Assembly (NCBI RefSeq): GCF_002243425.1
Contig: NZ_CP021172.1
Location: 30,001-62,000, forward strand
Source of the DNA: Candidatus Saccharimonadota bacterium
GTDB lineage: Bacteria; Bacteroidota; Bacteroidia; Flavobacteriales; Blattabacteriaceae
Length of the DNA: 32,000 nt
Direction: 5' to 3'
Shown: piece by piece, positions 10,008 to 18,749 of the stretch
How the letters are laid out: each line of letters starts with the position of its first letter
Position numbering within the stretch: the first letter of the stretch is position 1
Position numbers and translations under genes: made by a program
Notes under the pieces: generated by a model
Told to the model about the DNA's origin: nothing
The model's input: the letters and a program-made list of their open reading frames with translations, nothing else
Databases searched by the model: none

Positions 10008-11279
10008 TTGAATAATTTAATACAAGAATTATTGTGGAGAGGATTAATACATGATACTACTTATAGTGAACAAATAAAAAATGAAATAATTACTTTATAT
10101 ACAGGATTTGATCCAACTTATAAATCTTTACATATAGGTAATTTAGTAGCTATAATTATGTTAATACATTTTCAAAAATCAGGTAATAATATAATATCAG
10201 TTATTGGAGGTGGAACAGGAATGATCGGAGATCCATCTGGAAAAAATTGTGAAAGAATTTTAAAAAAAAAAGAATTATTATATAATAATATATATTATTT
10301 AAAAAAACAATTATCTTTATATATAGATTTTAATTATAAAAAAAATGAAATATTAAATAATTATGAATGGTTAAAAAACCAATTATTTATTGAATTTGCT
10401 AGAAAAATAGGAAAATATTTTACAATTAATTATATGTTAACAAAAGATTCAATAAAAAGAAGGATATCTAATAATAATAGTATATCATTTACAGAATTTA
10501 CATATCAATTATTACAAGCATATGATTTTCTTTATTTATATAAAGAAAAAAATTGTTCATTACAAATAGGAGGTTCGGATCAATGGGGAAATATTACAAG
10601 TGGAATAGAACTTATAAGAAAAAAACTAGGAGTTAAAGTAAATGGATTAACATTTCCATTAATTACTAAACTTGATGGATCAAAATTTGGAAAGACTGAA
10701 AATGGAGAAAATATATGGATAGATCCAAATTTAACTTCTCCATATGAATTTTATCAATTTTGGATAAATATTTCTGATGAACAAGCAAAAAAATATATAA
10801 AAATATATACTTTTCTTAAAAAAGAAGAAATCAAAGAAATTATTTTTTATCATGAAAATGATCCAAAATTAAAATTAATTCAAAAAAAATTAGCTTCTGA
10901 AATAACTATTTTTATACATGGAAAAAAAACTTTTGAAAAAATAAAATTGATATCAAATCTTCTTTTTAATAAAAAAAAAATAATAAACGAAATAAATAAA
11001 AATGATATTATTTTTATTTATAAAAATATTCCTCATAAAAATATATATCTTTATAAGAATTTTAATATTCCAATAATAGATTTATTAGTAAATCAAAGTA
11101 AATTTTTAAAATCTAAAAAAGAAGCTATTAGACAATTAAAATTAAATTCAATTTATATAAATAAAAAAAAGATAGATGAAAAATTTATTTTAAATCAAAA
11201 TGATTTGATATCAGGAACATATGTTCTTTTGCAAAGAGGTAAAAAAACATTTTTTATGATAAAAATTTATATTGTATGA
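10008..11279 (+). CDS. tyrS: Tyrosyl-tRNA synthetase (TTG start)
   Basis: 423 aa. N-terminus NLIQELLWRGLIHD, HIGH-type motif SLHIGNLV, KMSKS-type KFGKT, and a C-terminal S4-like domain. The start codon is ttg at 10008. Confidence 0.93.
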   Translation: MNNLIQELLWRGLIHDTTYSEQIKNEIITLYTGFDPTYKSLHIGNLVAIIMLIHFQKSGNNIISVIGGGTGMIGDPSGKNCERILKKKELLYNNIYYLKKQLSLYIDFNYKKNEILNNYEWLKNQLFIEFARKIGKYFTINYMLTKDSIKRRISNNNSISFTEFTYQLLQAYDFLYLYKEKNCSLQIGGSDQWGNITSGIELIRKKLGVKVNGLTFPLITKLDGSKFGKTENGENIWIDPNLTSPYEFYQFWINISDEQAKKYIKIYTFLKKEEIKEIIFYHENDPKLKLIQKKLASEITIFIHGKKTFEKIKLISNLLFNKKKIINEINKNDIIFIYKNIPHKNIYLYKNFNIPIIDLLVNQSKFLKSKKEAIRQLKLNSIYINKKKIDEKFILNQNDLISGTYVLLQRGKKTFFMIKIYIV

Positions 11280-14059
11280 TTATTAAAAAATCTATGGATT
11301 ATAATTTTAAAAAATTAGAAAAAAAATGGCAAAAATATTGGAGATATAAAAATTTTTTAAATAAAAAATTTTTTTATAAAAAAAAAAAATATTATATATT
11401 AAATATGTTTCCTTATCCTTCTGGAGAAGGATTACATGTTGGTCATCCTATAGGATATATTGCATCTGATATATATGCACGTTATAAAAAATCTAAAGGA
11501 TATAATGTAATTAATCCTATAGGATTTGACTCATTTGGATTACCCACAGAACAATATTCAATACAAACAGGAATTTCTCCTAACATTACAACAAGAATTA
11601 ATCTTAAAAGATATAAATTACAATTATTAAAATTAGGTATATTTTTTAATTGGGAAAGAAAAATAAATACTAGTGATAGTTCATATTTTAAATGGACTCA
11701 ATGGATGTTTATTAAAATGTTTAATTCTTGGTATGATAAGACATTAAAAAAAGCTAGATCTATTAAGAGATTAATTTATGAATTTAATATAAATGGAAAT
11801 TTTAATATAAATGCTTTTTCTACAAGTAAAATAAATTTTAATGCATATACCTGGAAAAAATTTAATTCTTTTGAGAAAGAAGATATATTACAAAACTATC
11901 GTATAGCTTTTTTATCAAAAAGATCAGTAAATTGGTGTCCTGAATTAGGAACAGTATTAGCAAATGATGAAATCAAAAATAATTTAAGTAAAAGAGGAGG
12001 ATATCCTGTTTATAAAAAACAAATGCTACAATGGAGTATTAGAATTAGTGCATATTCTGAAAGACTTTTAAATGGTTTAAAAAAAGTAAATTTTACTGAA
12101 AATTTAAAAAAATCTCAAATCTATTGGATAGGTAAAAAATATGGTATAAACATTTTTTTTACATTAAAAAATAATAATAATATAAAATTAAAAATTTTTA
12201 CGAATAAACCTTATAGTATTTTTGGGGTAACATTTATAATAATTCCATTAGAAAGTTATTTTTTAAAACAAAAAAATATACAAAATATTGTTGATAAACA
12301 AAATCTTAATAAAGTTAAAAAATCTATTTTAGCTTTTAAAAAAAAAGATGTAAAGATATCTGGAATTTTTACAGGAAACTACGTGATACATCCATTTACT
12401 AAAAATGAAATTCCACTTTATATAAGTTCTTTTATAAAAGATGATTATAATTTCAATTCTATTATGTGTGTTCCAGCTAATGAGATTAATAGTTATAAAT
12501 TTGCTAAAAAATTTGGAATAAAAATACTTGAAGTATTTTATAAAAAAAAAATCTGTAGAAATTCTTCATTTTTAAATGGATTAAATCTAAAAAATGCTTT
12601 TAATTATATTACTAAAATAATAGTAAATAATAATTTTGGAAAAATAAGTTTTAATTTTAAATTAAAAGATGCTATCTTTGCAAGACAAAGATATTGGGGG
12701 GAACCAATTCCAATTTTTTTTAAAAAAAAAATACCTAAAACAATAAAAGTAAATAAATTACCTTTATTATTACCAAATCTTGATACATATTTACCTAATG
12801 GTAATTCTCCATTAACTAGAGCTAAATTTTGGGCTTGGGATAAAAAGATCAATAAAATAGTATATACATATTTAATAAATAATAAAACTATTTTTTCTTT
12901 AGAAACTAATACTATGCCTAGTTGGGCAGGTTCTAGTTGGTATTATATACGATATATGGATCCTAATAATAAATATTTTTTTGTAAAAAAAAAAAAAGAA
13001 AAATATTGGAAAAATGTTGATCTTTATGTAGGAGGTATAGAACATGCAACAGGTCATTTAATTTATGCAAGATTTTGGCATAAATTTTTAAAAGATTATG
13101 GATTTGTAAGTTCAGAAGAACCTTTTAAAAAAATTATGAATCAAGGAATGATTTTAGGAAAATCAGCTATTATTTATTGTAATAATAATAAAAAAGAATA
13201 TATTTCATCTAGTCTTTTAGACTTAAAAGAAAAAAAAAAGCTACAAGAAATTAATATAGATATTAAATTTATTAAAAATAATAATGAGGTAGATATAAAA
13301 AAAATAAATAATTTGCGTTATGAATTTAATAATTATAAATTTATATTAGATAATGGAAAATTTAGATGTGATCGTAAAATTGAAAAAATGTCTAAATCTA
13401 AGTATAATGTAGTTAATCCAGATTTTATTTATGAGAAATATGGTGCTGATACATTACGTATGTATGAAATGTTTTTAGGACCATTAGAAAAATCTAAAAT
13501 TTGGGATATAAAAAGTATAAATGGAATTTTTAATTTCTTAAAAAGATTTTGTAATTTTTTTCATATAAAAGGTAAATTTTATGTAGATGAAAATTCTCCT
13601 TCTATAGAAGAATTAAAATTTTTAAATAAAACTATAAAAAAAATAAAATCTAATATAGAATCTTTTTCTTTTAATATACCTATAAGTGAATTTATGATAA
13701 GATTAAATCAATTAATAAAAATTAAATGTTATAAAAGACAGATATTAGAACCAATAACTATTTTACTTAGTTTTTATGCCCCCCATCTTTCTGAAGAAAT
13801 TTGGTATAAATTAGGAAAAAAAAAATCTATATTTTTTGCTAAATTTCCAGATTTTTATCTAAATTCTATTTTAGAAGATGAATTTAATTATCCTGTTACA
13901 TTTAATGGAAAATTACGTTTTAAAATAAAATTAAACAAATGTGAAAAGATCAATAATCTTGAAAAGATTTTATTAAATAATCAAAATACTTATTTAAATA
14001 ATAATAAACCTAAAAAAATATTTATATTACGTAATAAAATTATAAATATTGTTATTTAA
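11276..14059 (+). CDS. leuS: Leucyl-tRNA synthetase
   Basis: 927 aa with HVGHP and EKMSKSKYN motifs. ATG 11276 overlaps the tyrS stop (ATGA). A second Met at 11294 (MDYNFKKLEKKWQKYW) matches the usual LeuS N-terminus and may be the true start. Confidence 0.93.
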   Translation: MIIKKSMDYNFKKLEKKWQKYWRYKNFLNKKFFYKKKKYYILNMFPYPSGEGLHVGHPIGYIASDIYARYKKSKGYNVINPIGFDSFGLPTEQYSIQTGISPNITTRINLKRYKLQLLKLGIFFNWERKINTSDSSYFKWTQWMFIKMFNSWYDKTLKKARSIKRLIYEFNINGNFNINAFSTSKINFNAYTWKKFNSFEKEDILQNYRIAFLSKRSVNWCPELGTVLANDEIKNNLSKRGGYPVYKKQMLQWSIRISAYSERLLNGLKKVNFTENLKKSQIYWIGKKYGINIFFTLKNNNNIKLKIFTNKPYSIFGVTFIIIPLESYFLKQKNIQNIVDKQNLNKVKKSILAFKKKDVKISGIFTGNYVIHPFTKNEIPLYISSFIKDDYNFNSIMCVPANEINSYKFAKKFGIKILEVFYKKKICRNSSFLNGLNLKNAFNYITKIIVNNNFGKISFNFKLKDAIFARQRYWGEPIPIFFKKKIPKTIKVNKLPLLLPNLDTYLPNGNSPLTRAKFWAWDKKINKIVYTYLINNKTIFSLETNTMPSWAGSSWYYIRYMDPNNKYFFVKKKKEKYWKNVDLYVGGIEHATGHLIYARFWHKFLKDYGFVSSEEPFKKIMNQGMILGKSAIIYCNNNKKEYISSSLLDLKEKKKLQEINIDIKFIKNNNEVDIKKINNLRYEFNNYKFILDNGKFRCDRKIEKMSKSKYNVVNPDFIYEKYGADTLRMYEMFLGPLEKSKIWDIKSINGIFNFLKRFCNFFHIKGKFYVDENSPSIEELKFLNKTIKKIKSNIESFSFNIPISEFMIRLNQLIKIKCYKRQILEPITILLSFYAPHLSEEIWYKLGKKKSIFFAKFPDFYLNSILEDEFNYPVTFNGKLRFKIKLNKCEKINNLEKILLNNQNTYLNNNKPKKIFILRNKIINIVI

Positions 14060-14160
14060 AGTTAATTTAGAACAAGGTATTCTTCAATCATCATAATGTT
14101 TTAGCAATTTAAAAGATAGGAGCTTCAGAATTAGTAATATTTCCTATGGTATGAAATAAT

Positions 14161-14233
14161 GGTATCTTAGCTCAGATGGTAGAGCAACGGACTGAAAATT
14201 CGTGTGTCCCTGGTTCAATTCCAGGAGATACCA
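14161..14233 (+). tRNA. tRNA-Phe (anticodon GAA)
   Basis: Cloverleaf folded by hand. Acceptor ggtatct/agatacc, D arm gctc-agatggta-gagc, anticodon arm acgga-ctGAAaa-ttcgt, T arm cctgg-ttcaatt-ccagg. CCA is not encoded. Confidence 0.93.
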
Positions 14234-14257
14234 CATTAGATTTAGATCAGGTATAAA

Positions 14258-15148
14258 ATGAATAATAGTAACTGGTGTCCAGGATGTGGAAATTTTTCTA
14301 TTTTAAAACAAATACAATCTATTTTACCAGAAATAGGTGTTAATAAACATAAAATAGTTTTTGTATCAGGGATTGGATGTTCTTCTAGATTACCATATGA
14401 TTTAGATACATATGGAATACATGGAATTCATGGAAGAGCTACTGCTATTGCTACAGGAATAAAATTATCAAAAACAAATTTGAGTGTATGGATTATTACA
14501 GGAGATGGAGATGGGTTATCTATAGGAGGTAATCATCTTATTCATTTATTTAGAAGAAATATAAATGTTAATATATTACTATTTAATAATAAAATTTATG
14601 GATTAACAAAAGGACAATATTCTCCAACATCTTCTTTGGGAGTAAAAACAAAATCTTCTCCTTTAGGAACTATTGAAAGACCATTTAATACTTTATCATT
14701 AGCTTTAGGAGCTGGAGCTACTTTTGTGGCACGTAGTATAGATATAAATATAAAACATTTAAAAAAAATGCTTATAGCAAGTAATAACCATATAGGTACT
14801 TCATTTTTAGAAATATATCAAAATTGTAACATTTTTAATAATGGTGTATTTGACTCTTTTACGAAAGCTTTTACGAAAGAGTCAAATACATTATATCTTG
14901 AGCAAAAAAAACCATTATTTTTTGGAAAAAGTAAATGTATATTATTATATAATAATAAGATAAAAATTATTAGAAATAATAATTTTTTAAAAAAACAAAT
15001 ATGGATACATGATATTTATGATATAAATCAAGCATTTTTTTTATCAAAATTATTTTATGAAAAAAAAAGATTTCCATGTCCTTTTGGGGTTCTTTATAAA
15101 AGAAAAATAGATACTTATGATAAATTTTTTAATAAAAACAAATGTTAA
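14258..15148 (+). CDS. korB: 2-oxoglutarate (2-oxoacid):ferredoxin oxidoreductase beta subunit, TPP-binding
   Basis: 296 aa with WCPGCGNF near the N-terminus and ITGDGDGLSIGGNH plus NNKIYGLTKGQ motifs. Confidence 0.85.
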   Translation: MNNSNWCPGCGNFSILKQIQSILPEIGVNKHKIVFVSGIGCSSRLPYDLDTYGIHGIHGRATAIATGIKLSKTNLSVWIITGDGDGLSIGGNHLIHLFRRNINVNILLFNNKIYGLTKGQYSPTSSLGVKTKSSPLGTIERPFNTLSLALGAGATFVARSIDINIKHLKKMLIASNNHIGTSFLEIYQNCNIFNNGVFDSFTKAFTKESNTLYLEQKKPLFFGKSKCILLYNNKIKIIRNNNFLKKQIWIHDIYDINQAFFLSKLFYEKKRFPCPFGVLYKRKIDTYDKFFNKNKC

Positions 15149-16374
15149 AAGTTTCTTTTATAGAAAAGAATAAAAAAATAATTATTATTGGTTTAATAAA
15201 AAGAAACTTTTATAAATTATATTTAATAAATTATATTCTTTTTCTTTATAAGAAGAAAAAAAAAATAAAATCTAAATTAGATAATTTAATTTATTATATT
15301 AAATTTTTTTCTAAAAAAATAAAAAAAAATGAAGAAATAATACGTAATTACTCTTCTTTCTTAAAAGAAAAATTAAAAATAAATCTTTTTTTTATAAAGA
15401 AAATTAAAAATAAAATTTTTGAAATAATTATTAAAATTCCTAATTTACCTTTTGAAGAAGTACAAAAAAAGGTTTTATATATTCTTTATAAAAGAGAAAT
15501 TATTAATAATTATAAAAATAAAATCTATCATTGGGAATTAGGAGAAAAATTTAAACTTTTTAGTACAAAAAAAGGTGCTATTATTTCTGGAAATGGATTT
15601 AATGTTTTTTTTAATAAAGGAGCTTTACTACAACGTAGTTTAATACAATTTTTTTTAGAAAAAAATATATCATCAGGATACATGGAATATATTCTTCCAT
15701 ATATTGTAAATATAAATTCTGTTTATGGAACAGGTCAAATTCCAGATAAAAAATATCAAATGTATAATATAAATTATGATAATTTATATCTTATTCCAAC
15801 AGGAGAAGTTCCGTTAATCAATATTTTTCAAAAAACAATTTTTAAAGAATCAGAATTACCTATAAAAGCAACAACTTATACTTCTTGTTTTAGAAGAGAA
15901 TCAGGATCATATGGATCTAAAGTTCGTGGATTAAATAGACTGCATCAGTTTGATAAAGTTGAAATTATACAAATAAGTACCTGTAAAGATTCATATTTAT
16001 CATTTAATGATATGGTTAATCATATTAAATCTTTATTGAGATCATTAAATTTACCATTTAGAATAATTAGGTTATGTGGAAAAGATTTAGGATTTACTTC
16101 AGCTTTAACTTATGATTTTGAAGTTTATTCTCCTGGACAAAAAAAATGGTTAGAAGTTAGTTCAGTATCAAATTGTACAAATTTTCAATCAAATAGGCTT
16201 AAATTAAGATATCGTACATTTGATGGAAAAATTAAATTATGTCATACATTGAATGGTAGTTCTTTAGCTATTCCCAGAATAATCTCAGCTATATTAGAAA
16301 ATAATCAATATAAAAATTATATAATAATTCCTAAAGTTTTGATTAAATATATGAAAATTGATAAAATTTTTTAA
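15142..16374 (+). CDS. serS: Seryl-tRNA synthetase
   Basis: 410 aa. Lys-rich coiled-coil N-terminus followed by a class II core (TSCFRRESGSYG, RLHQFDKVE, LNGSSLAIPR). It overlaps korB by 7 nt. Confidence 0.92.
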   Translation: MLKVSFIEKNKKIIIIGLIKRNFYKLYLINYILFLYKKKKKIKSKLDNLIYYIKFFSKKIKKNEEIIRNYSSFLKEKLKINLFFIKKIKNKIFEIIIKIPNLPFEEVQKKVLYILYKREIINNYKNKIYHWELGEKFKLFSTKKGAIISGNGFNVFFNKGALLQRSLIQFFLEKNISSGYMEYILPYIVNINSVYGTGQIPDKKYQMYNINYDNLYLIPTGEVPLINIFQKTIFKESELPIKATTYTSCFRRESGSYGSKVRGLNRLHQFDKVEIIQISTCKDSYLSFNDMVNHIKSLLRSLNLPFRIIRLCGKDLGFTSALTYDFEVYSPGQKKWLEVSSVSNCTNFQSNRLKLRYRTFDGKIKLCHTLNGSSLAIPRIISAILENNQYKNYIIIPKVLIKYMKIDKIF

Positions 16375-16377
16375 TTT

Positions 16378-16605
16378 ATGTCAAAATTATGTCAAATAAC
16401 AGGTAAAAAGCCAATGATGGGAAATCAAGTATCACATGCAAATAATAAAACTAAACGTATTTTTAATTTAAATTTAAGTAAAAAACGATTTTTTATTAAA
16501 AACAAATGGATACTTATAAAAGTATCTTCTGCAGGAATAAAAACAATTAATAAATTTGGAATTGAAAAAACTTTAAAAAAAATTAATGTCAAAAAAAAAT
16601 ATTAG
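16378..16605 (+). CDS. rpmB: 50S ribosomal protein L28
   Basis: 75 aa starting [27 protein letters not shown]. Confidence 0.92.
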   Translation: MSKLCQITGKKPMMGNQVSHANNKTKRIFNLNLSKKRFFIKNKWILIKVSSAGIKTINKFGIEKTLKKINVKKKY

Positions 16606-16768
16606 AATTCAAGTAATAATAGAATGTACAGAGCATAAAAATAGTGGATTATCTGGTACATCTAGATATGTTACTACAAAAAATAAAAAAAATAATCCAG
16701 AAAGATTAGAATTAAAAAAATATAATTCTATTTTAAATAGAAATACAATTCATAAAGAAATAAAATAA
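16586..16768 (+). CDS. rpmG: 50S ribosomal protein L33
   Basis: 60 aa with ...[34 protein letters not shown].... It overlaps rpmB by 20 nt across an A9 run. Confidence 0.9.
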   Translation: MSKKNIRIQVIIECTEHKNSGLSGTSRYVTTKNKKNNPERLELKKYNSILNRNTIHKEIK

Positions 16769-16774
16769 TTTAAT

Positions 16775-16915
16775 ATGAAAAAAGAAAAATATAAAAGAAT
16801 GACTAAAATAATATTTATGTTTAAAAAACACAATAATTATTCTTTTAAAGAAAAAATAGTTAATTCTAATGATGTAAATAAGTTTTTAGAAGGAAGGGTG
16901 GACGACCAGAATTGA
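16775..16915 (+). CDS. Small DUF4295-like protein (third member of the Bacteroidota rpmB-rpmG cluster); candidate
   Basis: Hand-found 46-codon ORF MKKEKYKRMTKIIFMFKKHNNYSFKEKIVNSNDVNKFLEGRVDDQN, below the ORF-track size cutoff. Its position directly after rpmG and the ..Y.F.E.I....V..F pattern resemble DUF4295 as I recall it. Its last 19 nt overlap tRNA-His on the opposite strand. Confidence 0.45.
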   Translation: MKKEKYKRMTKIIFMFKKHNNYSFKEKIVNSNDVNKFLEGRVDDQN

Positions 16916-16971
16916 ACCGGCAACCATTAGAACCACAATCTAATGCTCTAACCAATTGAGCTACGTTCACC
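16897..16971 (-). tRNA. tRNA-His (anticodon GTG) with encoded G-1
   Basis: The reverse complement is g-gtgaacg-ta-gctc-aattggtta-gagc-a-ttaga-ttGTGgt-tctaa-tggtt-gccgg-ttcaatt-ctggt-cgtccac-c. G-1 lies opposite discriminator C73, which is the His identity feature. There is one A4-C69 mismatch in the acceptor stem. Confidence 0.88.
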
Positions 16972-16998
16972 AATACAAATATATATAAATAAATTTAT

Positions 16999-17954
16999 TT
17001 ATTTAAATAAACGTAAATTTTTTATTAAAAATTTTATCCTATCAGGAATAGGACATATCAAATAATTTTTTTTTCGATATATAGGATGTATATATTCTAT
17101 ATAATAAGCATGTAAAGCTTGAGATTTCATATTAATAAATAATTTTTTTATATATTTTTTTTCTTTAAAAGTATTAATACCTCCATAATCTTTATCATTA
17201 AGAATTGGATGCCCAATATATTTTAAATGTACTCTAATTTGATGAGTTCGTCCAGTTTCTAAAGTACACTTTAAAAGTGTAACATACTTAAATCTTTCTA
17301 ATACTTTATAATGTGTAATAGAAAATTTTCCATAAATTCCATTAGGAAAAACATTCATATATATTCTGTTTTTTAAACTTCTACCTATATTACATATAAT
17401 AGTTCCTTTATTATTTTTAATATATCCCCATACTAAAGTAATATATTTTCTTTTTATATGATTAATAGAAAACTGTTTAGAAATTTTTTCTAAAATCTTT
17501 TTATCTTTTGCTACTAAAATTAATCCACTTGTTCCTTTATCTATTCTATGTACTAGAATTGGAATTTTATTATAAATATTATTTTTTAAATTCTTTTTTA
17601 AGAAATAAAAATGTAAACCATTAATTAGAGTCATAGATTCATTACCTTTACCTGGATGGACAACTAAACCAGATTGTTTATTAATAATAATAACGTATTC
17701 ATCTTCATAAAAGATATTTATTTTTAAATTTTCAGGTATAATATTTTTTTGTTTTTCAGGAAGAAAAATTTCTATTACATCATTTATTTTAACTATATAA
17801 TTTTTTTTTATTAAAATGTTATTTACATAAACAAATCCTTTTTCTATAATTTTTTGTATAAAATTTCTATTTGTTTTATGTAAAATAAATTTGATATATG
17901 TATCAATTCTTATTAAGTTTTCTTTTTTTTTTACTAAAATTTTTTTTTTATCAT
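16999..17954 (-). CDS. rluD: RluA/RluD-family 23S rRNA pseudouridine synthase; the start codon is out of frame with the body across an A10 tract (needs a -1 shift or one extra A)
   Basis: The track ORF 16999..17634 carries the catalytic HRIDKGTSGL. The same frame stays open upstream to 17970 and encodes an S4-like domain plus QSGLVVHPGKG, but contains no ATG, GTG or TTG. The only ATG (17954) reads ATG ATA AAA AAA AAA TTT TAG in another frame. Confidence 0.7.
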
Positions 17955-17990
17955 AAAAAAAATTAATAATTTAATTTATTTTAATTAAAA

Positions 17991-18749
17991 TTGAGATTTT
18001 TTTTAGAAATATCTTATCATGGTGCATCATTTTATGGATGGCAAATACAAAAAAAAAATATTTCTGTACAAGAAACAATAGAAAACTGTTTAAGTTTTTT
18101 ATTAAAAAAAAGTATAAAAATTATAGGAGCAGGAAGGACTGATACTGGTGTACATGCTATACAAATGTTTGCTCATTTTGAGTTTTATGAAAAAAAAATT
18201 CTATTATATAGAAATTTTCTATTTAAATTAAATTCTTTTTTACCTTTAAATATTAATATTATAAATATTTTTCCTGTAAAAAAACAAATTCATGCTCGTT
18301 TTACTGCTATAAGTAGAGTATATGAATATAGGATCTCTTTAGGTAAAAATACTTTTTATCTTGATAAAAGTTGGCAATGGTTATCAAAACAAAAAATAAA
18401 ATTAAATACTTTAAATCAAGGTGCAAAAATACTTAAAAAATCTAAAGACTATACTAGTTTTTGTAAAAACAAATGTAATTATAAAACATATATATGTAAT
18501 ATATTTAATGCTAAATGGCATATAAAAAATAATATATTATATTTTAATATTGAAGCAAATAGATATTTAAGAAATATGGTAAGATCTATAGTAGGTACTT
18601 TAATTGAGTTAGGAATAGGAAAAATAACAATAAAAGATTTTATTAACATTTTATATGCTAAAGATAGAAATTTTGCAGGAATTTCTGCACCAGCAAAAGG
18701 TCTGTTTTTAACAAAAATTAATTATCCATTAAATATTTATTTATTTTAA
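17991..18749 (+). CDS. truA: tRNA pseudouridine(38-40) synthase (TTG start)
   Basis: 252 aa starting (M)RFFLEISYHGASFYGWQIQ, with GAGRTDTGVHA containing the catalytic Asp. The start codon is ttg at 17991. The 3' end overlaps the rpoC 3' end by 32 nt in convergent orientation. Confidence 0.9.
   Translation: MRFFLEISYHGASFYGWQIQKKNISVQETIENCLSFLLKKSIKIIGAGRTDTGVHAIQMFAHFEFYEKKILLYRNFLFKLNSFLPLNINIINIFPVKKQIHARFTAISRVYEYRISLGKNTFYLDKSWQWLSKQKIKLNTLNQGAKILKKSKDYTSFCKNKCNYKTYICNIFNAKWHIKNNILYFNIEANRYLRNMVRSIVGTLIELGIGKITIKDFINILYAKDRNFAGISAPAKGLFLTKINYPLNIYLF

Noticed and set aside
12604-12852. Minus-strand ORF of 82 aa inside leuS
   Set aside because: It is antisense to leuS and is a shadow ORF.
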